Positions 11,713-22,446 of a DNA stretch of 64,000 nt are shown here, one piece after another. Below the pieces are notes generated by a model. It saw only the letters and a list, made by a program, of their open reading frames with translations. It was not told where the DNA came from and did not search any database. The DNA comes from Tubiluchus corallicola. Taxonomy: Eukaryota > Animalia > Priapulida. Each line of letters starts with the position of its first letter. Positions within the stretch are counted from its first letter, which is position 1. The translations under genes were made by a program, and so were the position numbers. The stretch covers positions 186,001 through 250,000 of the forward strand of contig JAQGDQ010002387.1 in assembly GCA_030141605.1 (NCBI GenBank), read 5' to 3'.

Positions 11713-13617
11713 AGCTTGATACTGTTGCTGCTATCTTGTGGTTGTGTGTATGAAGTTTACATATGTACACATTGGTGCTGACCATCTGAAGGTTTTCAAG
11801 GAAATGAATTCATTATATTTATAAAGATTGTCTTCCTGATTTGCTTGTGTTTTTCTTCTGTAGGCTATTAATATTATTTTTATGTTACTGTTCTGTTTGT
11901 GTTGCTTGCTTATTTCTAGCTTCCTAGTCTTTATATATAACTATGCATTACTTTCCAGTGAGAAATAACTTACCAAGAGTATGAAAGTTCACAAAAAGTC
12001 CTACTTTAACTTTCAGAAAACTTGCCATGTGATTTGAAATTGTGTTTGACAAATTTGCTGCTTTGATATGCTGTGCTGCTTTAATTGTATTTGCATAATT
12101 ATGTAAATATGTGCCATTTACTGACTATTCGCCAGTCTTGGCACAGCTACATCTCCAGAAGTAAAGTTTGAGAAAAAAAATGTATACTGATGTGCAATTA
12201 TTAAATTGCCTTCTGCTTGTTTCCATACTTCAGTAATGTGAGGAGAACAATGGTAGAGCAAAATAATTTTGCATAAATTGCCATGGATTTAATTAATCTG
12301 AAATTCTGAATGAAACTGTAGCTTATTCTCATTTCCATCATTATGGCTGAATATCTTCTACAGTATGTGACCATCAGCTGTCCAATGTTGTGCCAGTCTC
12401 AAACTTCGATTTGGGAAGTGCTCACTGTAAAGGCTTATAGAGCAAAAAACAGTCTTTTTCAGAAGAAATAGTTGTGTTTTCTATTATAAATTGGTCAGAA
12501 ATCCGACTCAGTTTTTGTTCATTTCCGGTTGTTTGAACATCTGACACAAGTTCAACTTTAACTATTTATATTATTTGAACAGTTTGAATTATGGTTGATT
12601 GTGTTTTCTGCTCCTAAAAATATTAACCTTCACACTTGAACAACTTTATTGTGCTTTTTCAGCCATCATTGATATCAGTGTAATTTGTAACTAGTCTTAT
12701 AAGCATTATGACCTGGTCAGTAAAGCAGCTAAAGTTAAAAACACTATTAAAATGAGTTCTTTGCATTTCTGGCAAATAGCCAACCAGTTAATAACCTTAA
12801 TTTCAGTTAGAATCGGATTAAATTAGAAGCCAAACATAGAAAGCAAGTACATGTATATTATTTTGCTGTCAGAATAAGTATTGCAAAATTTGATTTTTCA
12901 GTGATGCTGAATATGCTTTTGAAATATCCAGGATGCTTCACTGGACTTTTGTGAAAGGATATCATGACTTTGTCCCACGTTGTATACATCATTATTTCAC
13001 ATTTCTGTAGCAACTTGTCCTGTATGTTGAATGTCTCATTTAAGCCGTTTGCAAAAAATGCCGTCCAATTTAATGTCAAAAAGGGATTACAAAACTTGTT
13101 TTTCTTTTATTAGGCAGTGAATGATGCCCGTAGGCTGAAGATTCCTTTACTTTGACATTCTTCGTCTAGGTATTGCATCTATTCATGAGATCTTTTGCAG
13201 CAACTCACTTTAGAACTGGGTTTGAATAAACCATTGAAAAATCTGCTTCAGTACGAATATACTAGCTGTGAGTTGCTGGAGTAAGCTTTGATAATCAAAT
13301 CACAGTTTTGTGGGGGTTTGTCTTCGCAACTTTTTTGTCTTGTGTGTTTCTTCTGCTTTATGTAACTACCTGTACAATAGTAATCGTGAAAACTATAAAT
13401 GTACTCTACTTTTATTATTTAGTTTTATTATTTATAGTTTGGTTGCCACAGCAATTTTCTATTGCATAGATAGGATACACTGAGGTTGTGCTGTTATTAA
13501 TATTTAAATGAGTTGCAAGTTTGATCATTTTAGACATATGTTGTAAATATTTACCACACTATATGTACTTGTTAGGATCAGTGTGGTTTGTATACTGGCT
13601 TTAACACTTTGTTGTTA

Positions 13618-13673
13618 CCTCACATAATGAGGTAAAAAAATTACCTCATTATGTGAGGATACTAATAAATAAA
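13618..13673 (+). terminator. 18-bp perfect hairpin followed by overlapping AATAAA signals; candidate LRRFIP poly(A) site
   Basis: cctcacataatgaggtaa-aaaaa-ttacctcattatgtgagg, then aataaataaa from 13664. Confidence 0.45.
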
Positions 13674-14844
13674 ATGTTTCAAACATACTTAAAAGCTTGA
13701 CTTGAATATTTTACAAAACTGAAATTGATAATCTTCATTTTCTGCTGTGCAAAGAGTGTGGTGAACTTATGACAAAGGTCAAGGGTCAGTATTTAAGATA
13801 CCCTGTGCATGCAGTCCAATACATTTTTGACAAATGTCAAAGGTCGCAGTCCAATAAATTTTTGACAAAAGTTGAAGGTCAAGTTTAATATGTATAAAAT
13901 TAATATGAATTTCTGCAGTAGTTCGTGCACTTTTGTAAGAAAATGGGCAATAACAAAGCGAAATTAGCTTAACATAATGTGAGTTATGCCATAAATTCAT
14001 ATGAAAATGAAGTTTCACTGAAAGGTCATCATCTAAGATGAGTTTACAGTTTATGTATAACATGTTTATTGTTGGATATTGAATAAACATTTGAATAATT
14101 TCGATCATCCATATGATGGTGAGAACAAATCCAAATGACTGCCTTACCAAATATGCATATCAAGGCAAATTTAACTAACAATTTATCAGAGAATATTTTA
14201 CTGATTAAATTATCAGTAATTAAAAATGTAGATACAAAGTGTTGTGGAATCACTAGTATGTACCACATATTAGCTGAGCCCAAGCTCTTTCACTTAAAAA
14301 TGGGCACATTGCTCCTGTCTGACAAATAGTTAATAAAAAAGCCCCGTTAATTATGATCACAATTATATGTCTTTTAAAAGAGGCTGGAGCCTTTAGAAAC
14401 TGTGTCTTCGTGTACCAGTTACTTGGCACACTTTTTGTGTTCACTAATTGATTACATCTCACATTACTTTCTTTATCCCAATTGCTCAATCCCAATTTTC
14501 CACAAGTAAATATCAGAGTAACACATGTAGAGCCAAATTTTTTCATTGATGCGTTGTAGTCAACCAAACCTGTCGTTTCATAACGTCATCTTCCTTTTAA
14601 TCCTAATGCAAGAGCTGTCACGTGCTTTATTATGCAAACAGATCCAAAGTTCATCGTAAGCCAACTGAGTAATGGGGGAGCTTAATGCGTGATTGAGAGG
14701 AAACTGCAGACTTACATCTTATGTATAAACGATTTATTTTTGTGTTTTGTGCATTGTGCTTTCTCAATAATAACGTGGCAGGTATTTTTATGTATGTCAA
14801 AGTTTGGTGTGAACTTAATTACCTTAGTTTTTTTCCTAGCTAAC

Positions 14845-15690
14845 CTACCAGCGGGAATTTATGTAAATCAAGAACAAGAAAAACCAAAATTCAGTGGTGT
14901 GTCTTCTGTTTATTTTCACATAATTTATCAGCACAAATGACATTGCAGTAACACAGACAAGTTTTAAAGGCATTTAAATCAAACAAAAAGTATTGCTTAA
15001 AAGAACTTAACATTCTTCAAGCAAGAGATAATGTAATTCACAGGAAACAATTCTGAAAGGCCTTGTGGAAGAAACTTGACTTATATAAACAGCTGTCTTC
15101 TATTACCATCGTAAAATTGTGAGGAACAGCAGCAAAACGAGTTATTCAAAACAAATGCTGAGGCTTATGAAACTAACGAGCAAAGAGAAGAGCATGCTTA
15201 TCATAGTGACAGAAGAGACTTCATTAGCAATTATAAACAAACAATTAGACAATAGAAAAAAGAAAAGACACGGCACTTCAGTACACTATTAGGTGAGAAA
15301 GAGAAACGCAAACAATCAACAATTTTTTTGGATTTTGTAATATAGACACTTCTTAAAAGTGCAGAAAATCTTACCACATGCGAAAGAACACAATTATGAA
15401 AAATGCACAGATTGGGACAATAATCATGATTCTCATTTATTGTCTAATGTTGTCCAACGACAGAATTTCGTCAGATCTGAGTTCTCGCTGGTACTTTATC
15501 AGATTCTGGTAGCATATAAAGTAGCTGTGCAAAATCGCGTCACTCGAATTACGGACTTTTTCATATGTATATGCAATAGCTTGGCTTGGCTGGACCTGTA
15601 TTTCTAGGTCACAAAGACACGAGATTGCAAAATCAGTTTTAAGTGGAAATGATGAAAATCTGTCTTCAGCTCGCTTTATGTTCAAATTTT
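14845..15690 (-). pseudogene. Decayed class A GPCR (LGR/relaxin/GRL101-like 7TM) pseudogene
   Basis: Manual minus-strand translation gives RIMIIVPICAFFIIVFF (TM1-like), KKLLIVCVSLSHLIV (TM2-like), SLLVSFISLSICFE*LVLLLF (TM3-like), LSNTFCLI*MPL (TM6-like) and FWFFLFLIYINS (TM7-like, cf. WVVIFILPINS); many stops. Confidence 0.4.
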
Positions 15691-16139
15691 CGCCAAAACA
15701 TCGGACAAGCTTTTGTCAAAATTAATGAGGAGTAAGAACTTTGGGTTCACTAAACAATGGATAGCAATTTTACTGAATTGTAGACATCTGTTATTGTAGA
15801 GAGAAACTGAGGCTGGCAATTGGCTTAAGTTAAAACATATGCACTGGTATGAATTGACCAACGTCCACTAAGCTGTTAACAAATGTCATTCACAGCTTTT
15901 GACGTACCAAGAGCAATATCAACAAGCCACTTTTTGTGATGTAATGTCGCCAATATTTAGCCCACTGAACGATGAGAAGTGCTACATCAGTACTAGATAA
16001 GATGGCATCTGCTACTGGTCAAGATTGCAACTAAATTCTCCAGCTCATTTTAGAGCTCAGTTTTGTAAGCGTTCTTCTGAGGTGGTTGCGTTTTAACAGC
16101 TGAAACTTTTTGCAGTTATCCATAGAACAAATTGTCAGA

Positions 16140-17545
16140 TGATTGATTCCTGCGCTGACCTGAACAACCCATTAACCACGATTGCTACCCAGATGCACAA
16201 GATCCAGAAACAGTTCCTTGTATTTGCCATGAAGGCTGGAACGGAGATTACTACGATAGTCAAGGGGCATATTAGAACATGCACGCCAAATGCCATAGGT
16301 CCATCAATTCCTAACTGTAGCTGTTTGGAAAGATGTGGAGACCTATGTGAAATAGACACTGACCCCTCCCTCCCACCCCTTGCCAAAACAGGGATATCTG
16401 CACAAAAATTAATGATACTTTTTTTGTCTGTATGATTTTGTGCTACTGTATAGAAAAAAGTCCCTGCATCAGCTATGAGAAATGATACCTATATACTAGA
16501 TTCAGATGATGAAGCTCCGCCGTTTTGTGACTGTGTGATCCTGCTTAGAAGGCGAATTTTATGTCATTTTTACTCTTTGCCAGGACTACGACTGTGTTAA
16601 TGGAGAATGCAAACCAGAATCAAATAATTCAACTTAGCCTCATTGTGACTGCGAAGAAACTTACATAGGAGATCATTGTAATATTGATCTTCTTTGTAAG
16701 CCGAGTCCGTGTGTGAGTGGAGGGACGTGTTCTGATGACTACTATATGTGTGCTATATGCAGGCCAGAATGGGTAGGAAATAACTACAAATATTACAAAT
16801 CCTTGTAAATCTGCACCTTGTCTGAAGGTAAAAAATGCACTCAAAATACCACAAATCCATCATTTCCTACAACTGTATAGAAGGGATTTGAGGGAGACTT
16901 CTGTGAAATGGACATTGATCCTTGTTTGTCAAGTCCTTGTGAGAACAGAGCCCTGTGCACGGAAATTAATGACATTATTAAGTGTGACTGCTTCTGTGAC
17001 AATCAGATAATCCGTGTGAACATGGAAACTGTGAACCTTACAGCAATGATACATCGAAGCCACATCGCCACTTTGACGCTGGATAAATGGGTAAATATTT
17101 TGATCAACCAGTGTGACTCTAATCCATGCCCGCCACAATGACAGGACTTGCTTTGATGTTGTATATCAATATTATTGTCATTTCAGGCCCAGAATAGCTG
17201 GGTAGTAGATGCACCATGAGGAATCCATGTCATAATTCTCCTTGTCTTGATTGCGTCTGCTACCTCAGCCCTAAGAACCTTGTGATGTACATTGTGCCAG
17301 AGAGAAGTACACCAGTTTCTGTGTGATTTGCAGCCACGTCAAAATGGTGGGACGTTCACGTGTACATGCGCAGACGGTTGGTGGGTGAATGATGTGAAGT
17401 GCACTATTCGTGTTTCCCGAATCCTTGTCATTATGTGGTCAGTGAATTGTTGAGGAAAGTGACAACAGCATTGTTATTTGTAAATGTGCTGTTGGTTGGA
17501 TTGGCTAATTTTGTGAAACAAGCGGTGGTCCATGTAATGTTAAAT
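16140..17545 (+). pseudogene. Decayed multi-EGF-repeat (Notch/fibropellin-type) pseudogene
   Basis: Fragments GDLCEIDTDP, ITNPCKSAPCL, GDFCEMDIDPCLSSPCENRALC, INQCDSNPC, QNGGTFTCTCADGW and CKCAVGWIG*FCET lie in shifting frames with stops; no clear introns. Confidence 0.75.
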
Positions 17546-18664
17546 GTTATCTAGAATATAAATATTTTTTCTTAGCTATTAAGTTATGAAAATACTGAAA
17601 TAAAACTTTTAACGAAACGCTGAATTTGCAACGTATCTGTACACTTAGAGGTCCTCAGCTTTATGAACGATCTTCATTATGTTAACGGTGTTAGCTTATC
17701 TGGCTTTAACTATAATGCTGCAATGAAGTTGGGTCTTCACCGCCAGGGCGTCTGATTGGCCGCTCCTCTAGTTAGTTTGTTCCCTCGTATTTCGCATGCC
17801 AAATGGTCAGGGTTCAAAGCTAGGGTGATGAAACTTTATACAAACAGACAGAGATTTGTAGAAATAATTCGCCTATGATCTTGTCTTGTGTACTTCATGC
17901 AGGTTTGCCTTCGGAACAGGTGCCACGATAGTAAAGACACCTGTCCGTTTACTTCCTGAATCAAAGATACTGTTCCATATCGGCAGTTTTATACCTTGTA
18001 TGCAAAACTGATATGGATACCATCAATGGATCGAAACATCACAATATAGTGGTAAGGGGTGAAAATAAATGGCGGTTTGCCATCCTTACAGTCCTACGAA
18101 ATCCTATATCTACTCCATAATCGAATTTATAAAAAAGATAATTATTAAATTCAGAATCAAGATGATGTACATACACTGTATATTTTTGTGTCACTATTTA
18201 GGTGGACATTTTTTGTCTCTTGATCATTTTATTTTGATTCCCACTTTGTCTCTGACTATGCTGACAACTGGATCAGTTAAAGTTTGCTCTGTAAACAAAA
18301 TTAAATACCATTGACATGGCTAGATATTATACTTTATCATTCATATTTGCTTCTGCTTCTGTTTGCAGAATATCACCTTTCTCTCTTACTCTTATTATTA
18401 ATCACCTATGTGCAGTATCTGGATAACTGGCACGGCAATAGAACTATAAAAGGGAGTTCTGGGAAAAAATTAAGTCAGGTTTATAGTCTTGATTTGTGGT
18501 CCTTGTGAAGCGAAGTCAAAAGCTCTCTTTGTTGATAGATCGTGCAGTAACAATAGGTCCTAGAATCTAGGCTTGTATGTACGGAACGGCATACATACTT
18601 ACTGTTAGGAAAGAACCAATATCTCAAAGACAGAACATGGTAACATGTAGCCTACATTTTAAGC

Positions 18665-18704
18665 ATGATATGTAAGACTGCCATACTAACTCAGTGTGCC
18701 ATTG
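18665..18704 (+). CDS. TM protein exon 1 (signal peptide start)
   Basis: agcATGata; G|gtaaat phase 1 matches the exon 2 frame. Confidence 0.6.
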
Positions 18705-21700
18705 GTAAATACATAAATGCATAGATATAGCCCAACTATCATCGCAGTATGTACAACTATTGCCTCGTACAATAATAGTACCCGTACAGGGGCAGTTACA
18801 ACAATGTTATAAAAAAGCACAGGCAGTTCCAAAACCTAATATACAACACAGCTATAAATATTGTAACACATCATCAGACGTCAGTCAGGTCTGAGGTAGC
18901 AAACAAGTTTCTTATCACACTTCTGACACCAGTGTAGTGAAGAGGCGCTTCGTGTCAAATTATGTTGATGTGCGCAGCTCAGTTAGATCAAGACAGAAGA
19001 GAGATTTATTGTAAAATCCCTTGCCAGGCCCTTTGTTGCGTGTTCTTGGCGATGGTCTGAATCGTCAGATTTTTTAATTAAAACACATTTGCTGCTAGTC
19101 AAACGTTCAGGTGTCAGTTTGTTTTTGCATATACATGTAAATTATATTATCTGCTAGCACAGAGTCCAGTTCATGTATCAGGCATAAAGCTAAAATAGGC
19201 TAGATGCATTAAATAATCATGCTTTTTTTAGTTTTTCTGCATTCTTTAACGTTGGCCTTACCTATTTTCAGCTTTTACAGTGGTTGCCTTTAGTAATGCG
19301 ACCCAAGCAGTCAACTGGGCTTATCACGTCCGTTTCAATGGCGTCTCCAAGAAATTAAAATGGAGTGCGCCTGAGAGTGAGATGTCCGATGAGAACTTGT
19401 GTTTCTTTGCACAGTATAAAATCAACAGCACTTCATGGAAGGTTGGTTTCGCTATTAGTTATTCTTGCCATTCGATTTTTACGTGCAATCAAATAGATAA
19501 TTACTCCTTATTTCAATGATGTCTATTTGATTTAATACCAAAAAGGTGCTAGAAAGCACATTTTTGATGACTGTCATCAAAAGAAATGAATTAACAAAAT
19601 CCTTCAACGGAAACTTACATTCGACTTTTAACTCTCATTCTGTTCTGTAATCCGAATGCAGAGAAAGTTGTTATTTAGCATGTCGTTTGATGTACAGTGC
19701 ACAAGGTACATAGCTTTTCCAGTTCGGAATTTTTCTTTTAAATGAAGCCAATTCCTCTCTTGTCCTCCGTAAAGATTTTATAGTCCTACTCTGCCAGCCC
19801 ATTCTGCATTGTAGTTCCTATTATTGCATTAAATAAAGTTGAACTCGAGTGACATCACATATTAATTATTTAGAAGCTCGACTGTCACATGTGCTCTCGG
19901 GTGTCCTTTATTATGAATACTACAAGTTTCAATTTTGCCAGGATTTACCTTGTGGCGATGGACGGATTTCGCACAGCGTCAGGTCTGCTCGTATCGGATC
20001 ATGTGAAGGTTATAGTTCAGATTTGACTTATGGTATGACAACTTGCTTATGCCAGAAGGATGAAATGCAGGATTACACTTGCCCTCCTGCGTCTGAAGCT
20101 ATGACAGGTAGCATTAATTACTGATCTCATAACTGGAACAACTAAAACTCCCTTTTCAACATTTAACATTTCACTGCCATTAGACCATTTTCCTACTCTG
20201 TGGAAAACCGCTAACGTCTGTCACCAACTCCAATCTTCTCAGTCTTGAAACTAGTCAAAATGAAGAACTAATCAAAATTAACAATTGGATGATAGCTAAC
20301 AAACTAACAGTAAATTATAACAAGATCAAGTACATATTGATTACTAATAAACCTACTCGTCCTATTACAATCAAAATAAGCAATAATGTTCTTTATCAAA
20401 CAAATAGAATCAAATATCTTGAACTACATATAGACGTTCACATGAAATAGAATACATACATAAAAACCATTGCGGATAAAGTTAATAAAAATTCTTGTAC
20501 AATCAGCAGACTTACGTACTACACTGATACAAAAACCGTGAAGATGATATACTACTTTTATACATCCCTATTTGCTTTGGGATGGGGGAGAGCAAAAAAT
20601 AATAGCCTGCAATAATATATGTATAGACTGCGAGAGATCCAGGTTGGTTTTGATATGATTGTGATTAACGAAGAAAACCATGCGACATTTTTAGTTTTAC
20701 GATACGTCACGATGTCGAGGTAAAAAAGCAAATAATGGACACCTATAGACGTAAAATTCTACGAAAAGTTTATTATATTTCAGTTTTGTTATGGGTTGAT
20801 GTATTTATCTACGCATTGTTTGGAATACCTTGCGTCCTATTGGTGTTTGTACTAACGCCATATCTCATATGCTCAAAACGCAAAGACTGTAAGAATGAAG
20901 ATGATGATGATGATGAAGACATTCCATTAGATGACAGCTCTTCAGTATCAAGTCTTGCAAATGGTGTTGTTAGTGAACAAAGGCAGGAAGTGCGGCAATC
21001 CTTGAGTGCCGTGAACAATACAATAATTTCAAATGACGGTGTGTCTTTGGAGAACTTTGATACTCGAACAAGCTTCAGTTATGTCGCAACAGACGGCACT
21101 ATAGTATCACATGGGACTCGGCCACAGGAAAATAATAATTATGATTTAAGAAGCATTACGGAACCAATACGTCCCGAACAAGGTACAAATAATGTTTTCG
21201 TGGTTCTACGTAACACATATTTAGTTGCTTTACTTAGTGAAATATTTGAATTTTCAGCAAAATGTAAAATTGTAAAGAAAAACTAAATTCTTAAAGGGGA
21301 ATAAAATGGAACTTTAAGGTATATCCCCCAAAAAACTTTCCACACAAAGTTACGTTACCCAGCCTTACGCTTACCTGTTTGAACGACTTATGTAATTGGA
21401 TATTCATGTATCCCAGTCATCACCACTGACTCAACCAAAAAATGCATTGCTAATCTTACCAACGGCGTAAAGTAATTCATACTTTTGCTTAGTTAGCAAA
21501 GAGTGTGCTACGAATGCTCTAATTTTTTGAAACTTTACCCAATGTTATCTAAACTTGTTTCAAATGACTTGCAGTCAAAATGGCTGCGCCAAATGGTCAT
21601 CGCCGGACTTTAAATTTACAAGTTTTATACAGCGTTACTGATAGCGCAAACTCCGCGTGTAGTAAGATATCACGTTAGTGATAAAAAATTTCAAGACGAA

Positions 21701-22446
21701 TTTTTAAGCTTTAATTCTCAAGAGGGTATTCTTGTCATTTGAAATGGGATTCAGGTTTTGTTATGTGATTTAACTTGTGAAGTGGTTTCTGATAAACCCG
21801 TTTGTACTTCGTTAGTTTTTTTGTATTCTTCTCCCTTTCCTTTTTCATCTTTTCCCCGTTCCATACCTCTTTTCGTATTTTAACGCAAGTTTTTGTTGCT
21901 TTCTTTCTGTTTTCCTTCTTGTGCGTTTCTCGTCTTCTTCTGCGACGTTGCTATTTGCCCCTTTTCATTTTTCTCTTGTTTTTCATCTTTTTTGCTGTAT
22001 TTCTTCTTCTTTTTTTTCAGTTTTTCACATTTTGTGTTTGTTTTTGGTTTCGATGTAAATCTTTGTTATATTATATTATATTATATTATATTATATTATA
22101 TTATATTATATTATATTATATTATATTATATTATATTATATTATATTATATTATATTATATTATATTATATTATATTATATTATATTATATTATATTATA
22201 TTATATTATATTATATTATATTATATTATATTATATTATATTATATTATATTATATTATATTATATTATATTATATTATATTATATTATATTATATTATA
22301 TTATATTATATTATTTAATTTCTGATGCTGATGATGATTTTACGTTTTGCAATTTTTTGTCTTTTTTTATAGGAGCAGATGCAGCTCCACCTGCTTATGA
22401 AGACTTATCACCTCCAGAGTACAATGCTGCTGTTAGACTTGAATGA
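18665..22446 (+). CDS. Uncharacterised type I single-pass membrane protein with cytoplasmic PPxY motifs (~282 aa); exons 18665-18704, 19272-19441, 19942-20107, 20784-21182, 22373-22446
   Basis: Five exons join in frame (849 nt) with GT-AG sites and phases 1, 0, 1, 1. Signal peptide MICKTAILTQCAIAFTVVAFSNA; Cys-containing ectodomain; TM VFIYALFGIPCVLLVFVLTPYLI followed by CSKRK; tail APPAYEDLSPPEYNAAVRLE*. Confidence 0.8.
19272..19441 (+). CDS. TM protein exon 2
   Basis: ttttcag| (alternative in-frame acceptor at 19281); AAG|gttggt. Confidence 0.75.
19942..20107 (+). CDS. TM protein exon 3 (DLPCGDG...GSCEG...TCLCQ...YTCPP)
   Basis: ttttgccag| and G|gtagca. Confidence 0.8.
20150..20600 (+). 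mobile_element. Degenerate LINE (CR1/L2-group) RT fragment in an intron
   Basis: ELIKINNWMIANKLTVNYNKIKYILIT...IKYL and YYTFIHPYL segments; FPTLWKTANV upstream. Confidence 0.75.
20784..21182 (+). CDS. TM protein exon 4 (TM helix plus acidic, Ser-rich cytoplasmic region)
   Basis: tatttcag| and G|gtacaa; lies within ORF 20735..21286. Confidence 0.85.
22066..22314. repeat. (TTATA)n pentanucleotide microsatellite, ~49 units
   Basis: Perfect repeat visible directly. Confidence 0.98.
22373..22446 (+). CDS. TM protein terminal exon (GADAAPPAYEDLSPPEYNAAVRLE*)
   Basis: ctttttttatag| acceptor, phase 1; TGA at 22444-22446. Confidence 0.82.

Noticed and set aside
13779-14150. 123-aa minus-strand ORF with a hydrophobic start
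   Set aside because: Non-ATG start, no recognisable domain and no supporting splice structure
21802-22372. ORFs 21802..22446 and 21893..22318 (YYIIL repeats)
   Set aside because: Artefacts of the (TTATA)n microsatellite and T-rich intron; only 22373-22446 is exonic
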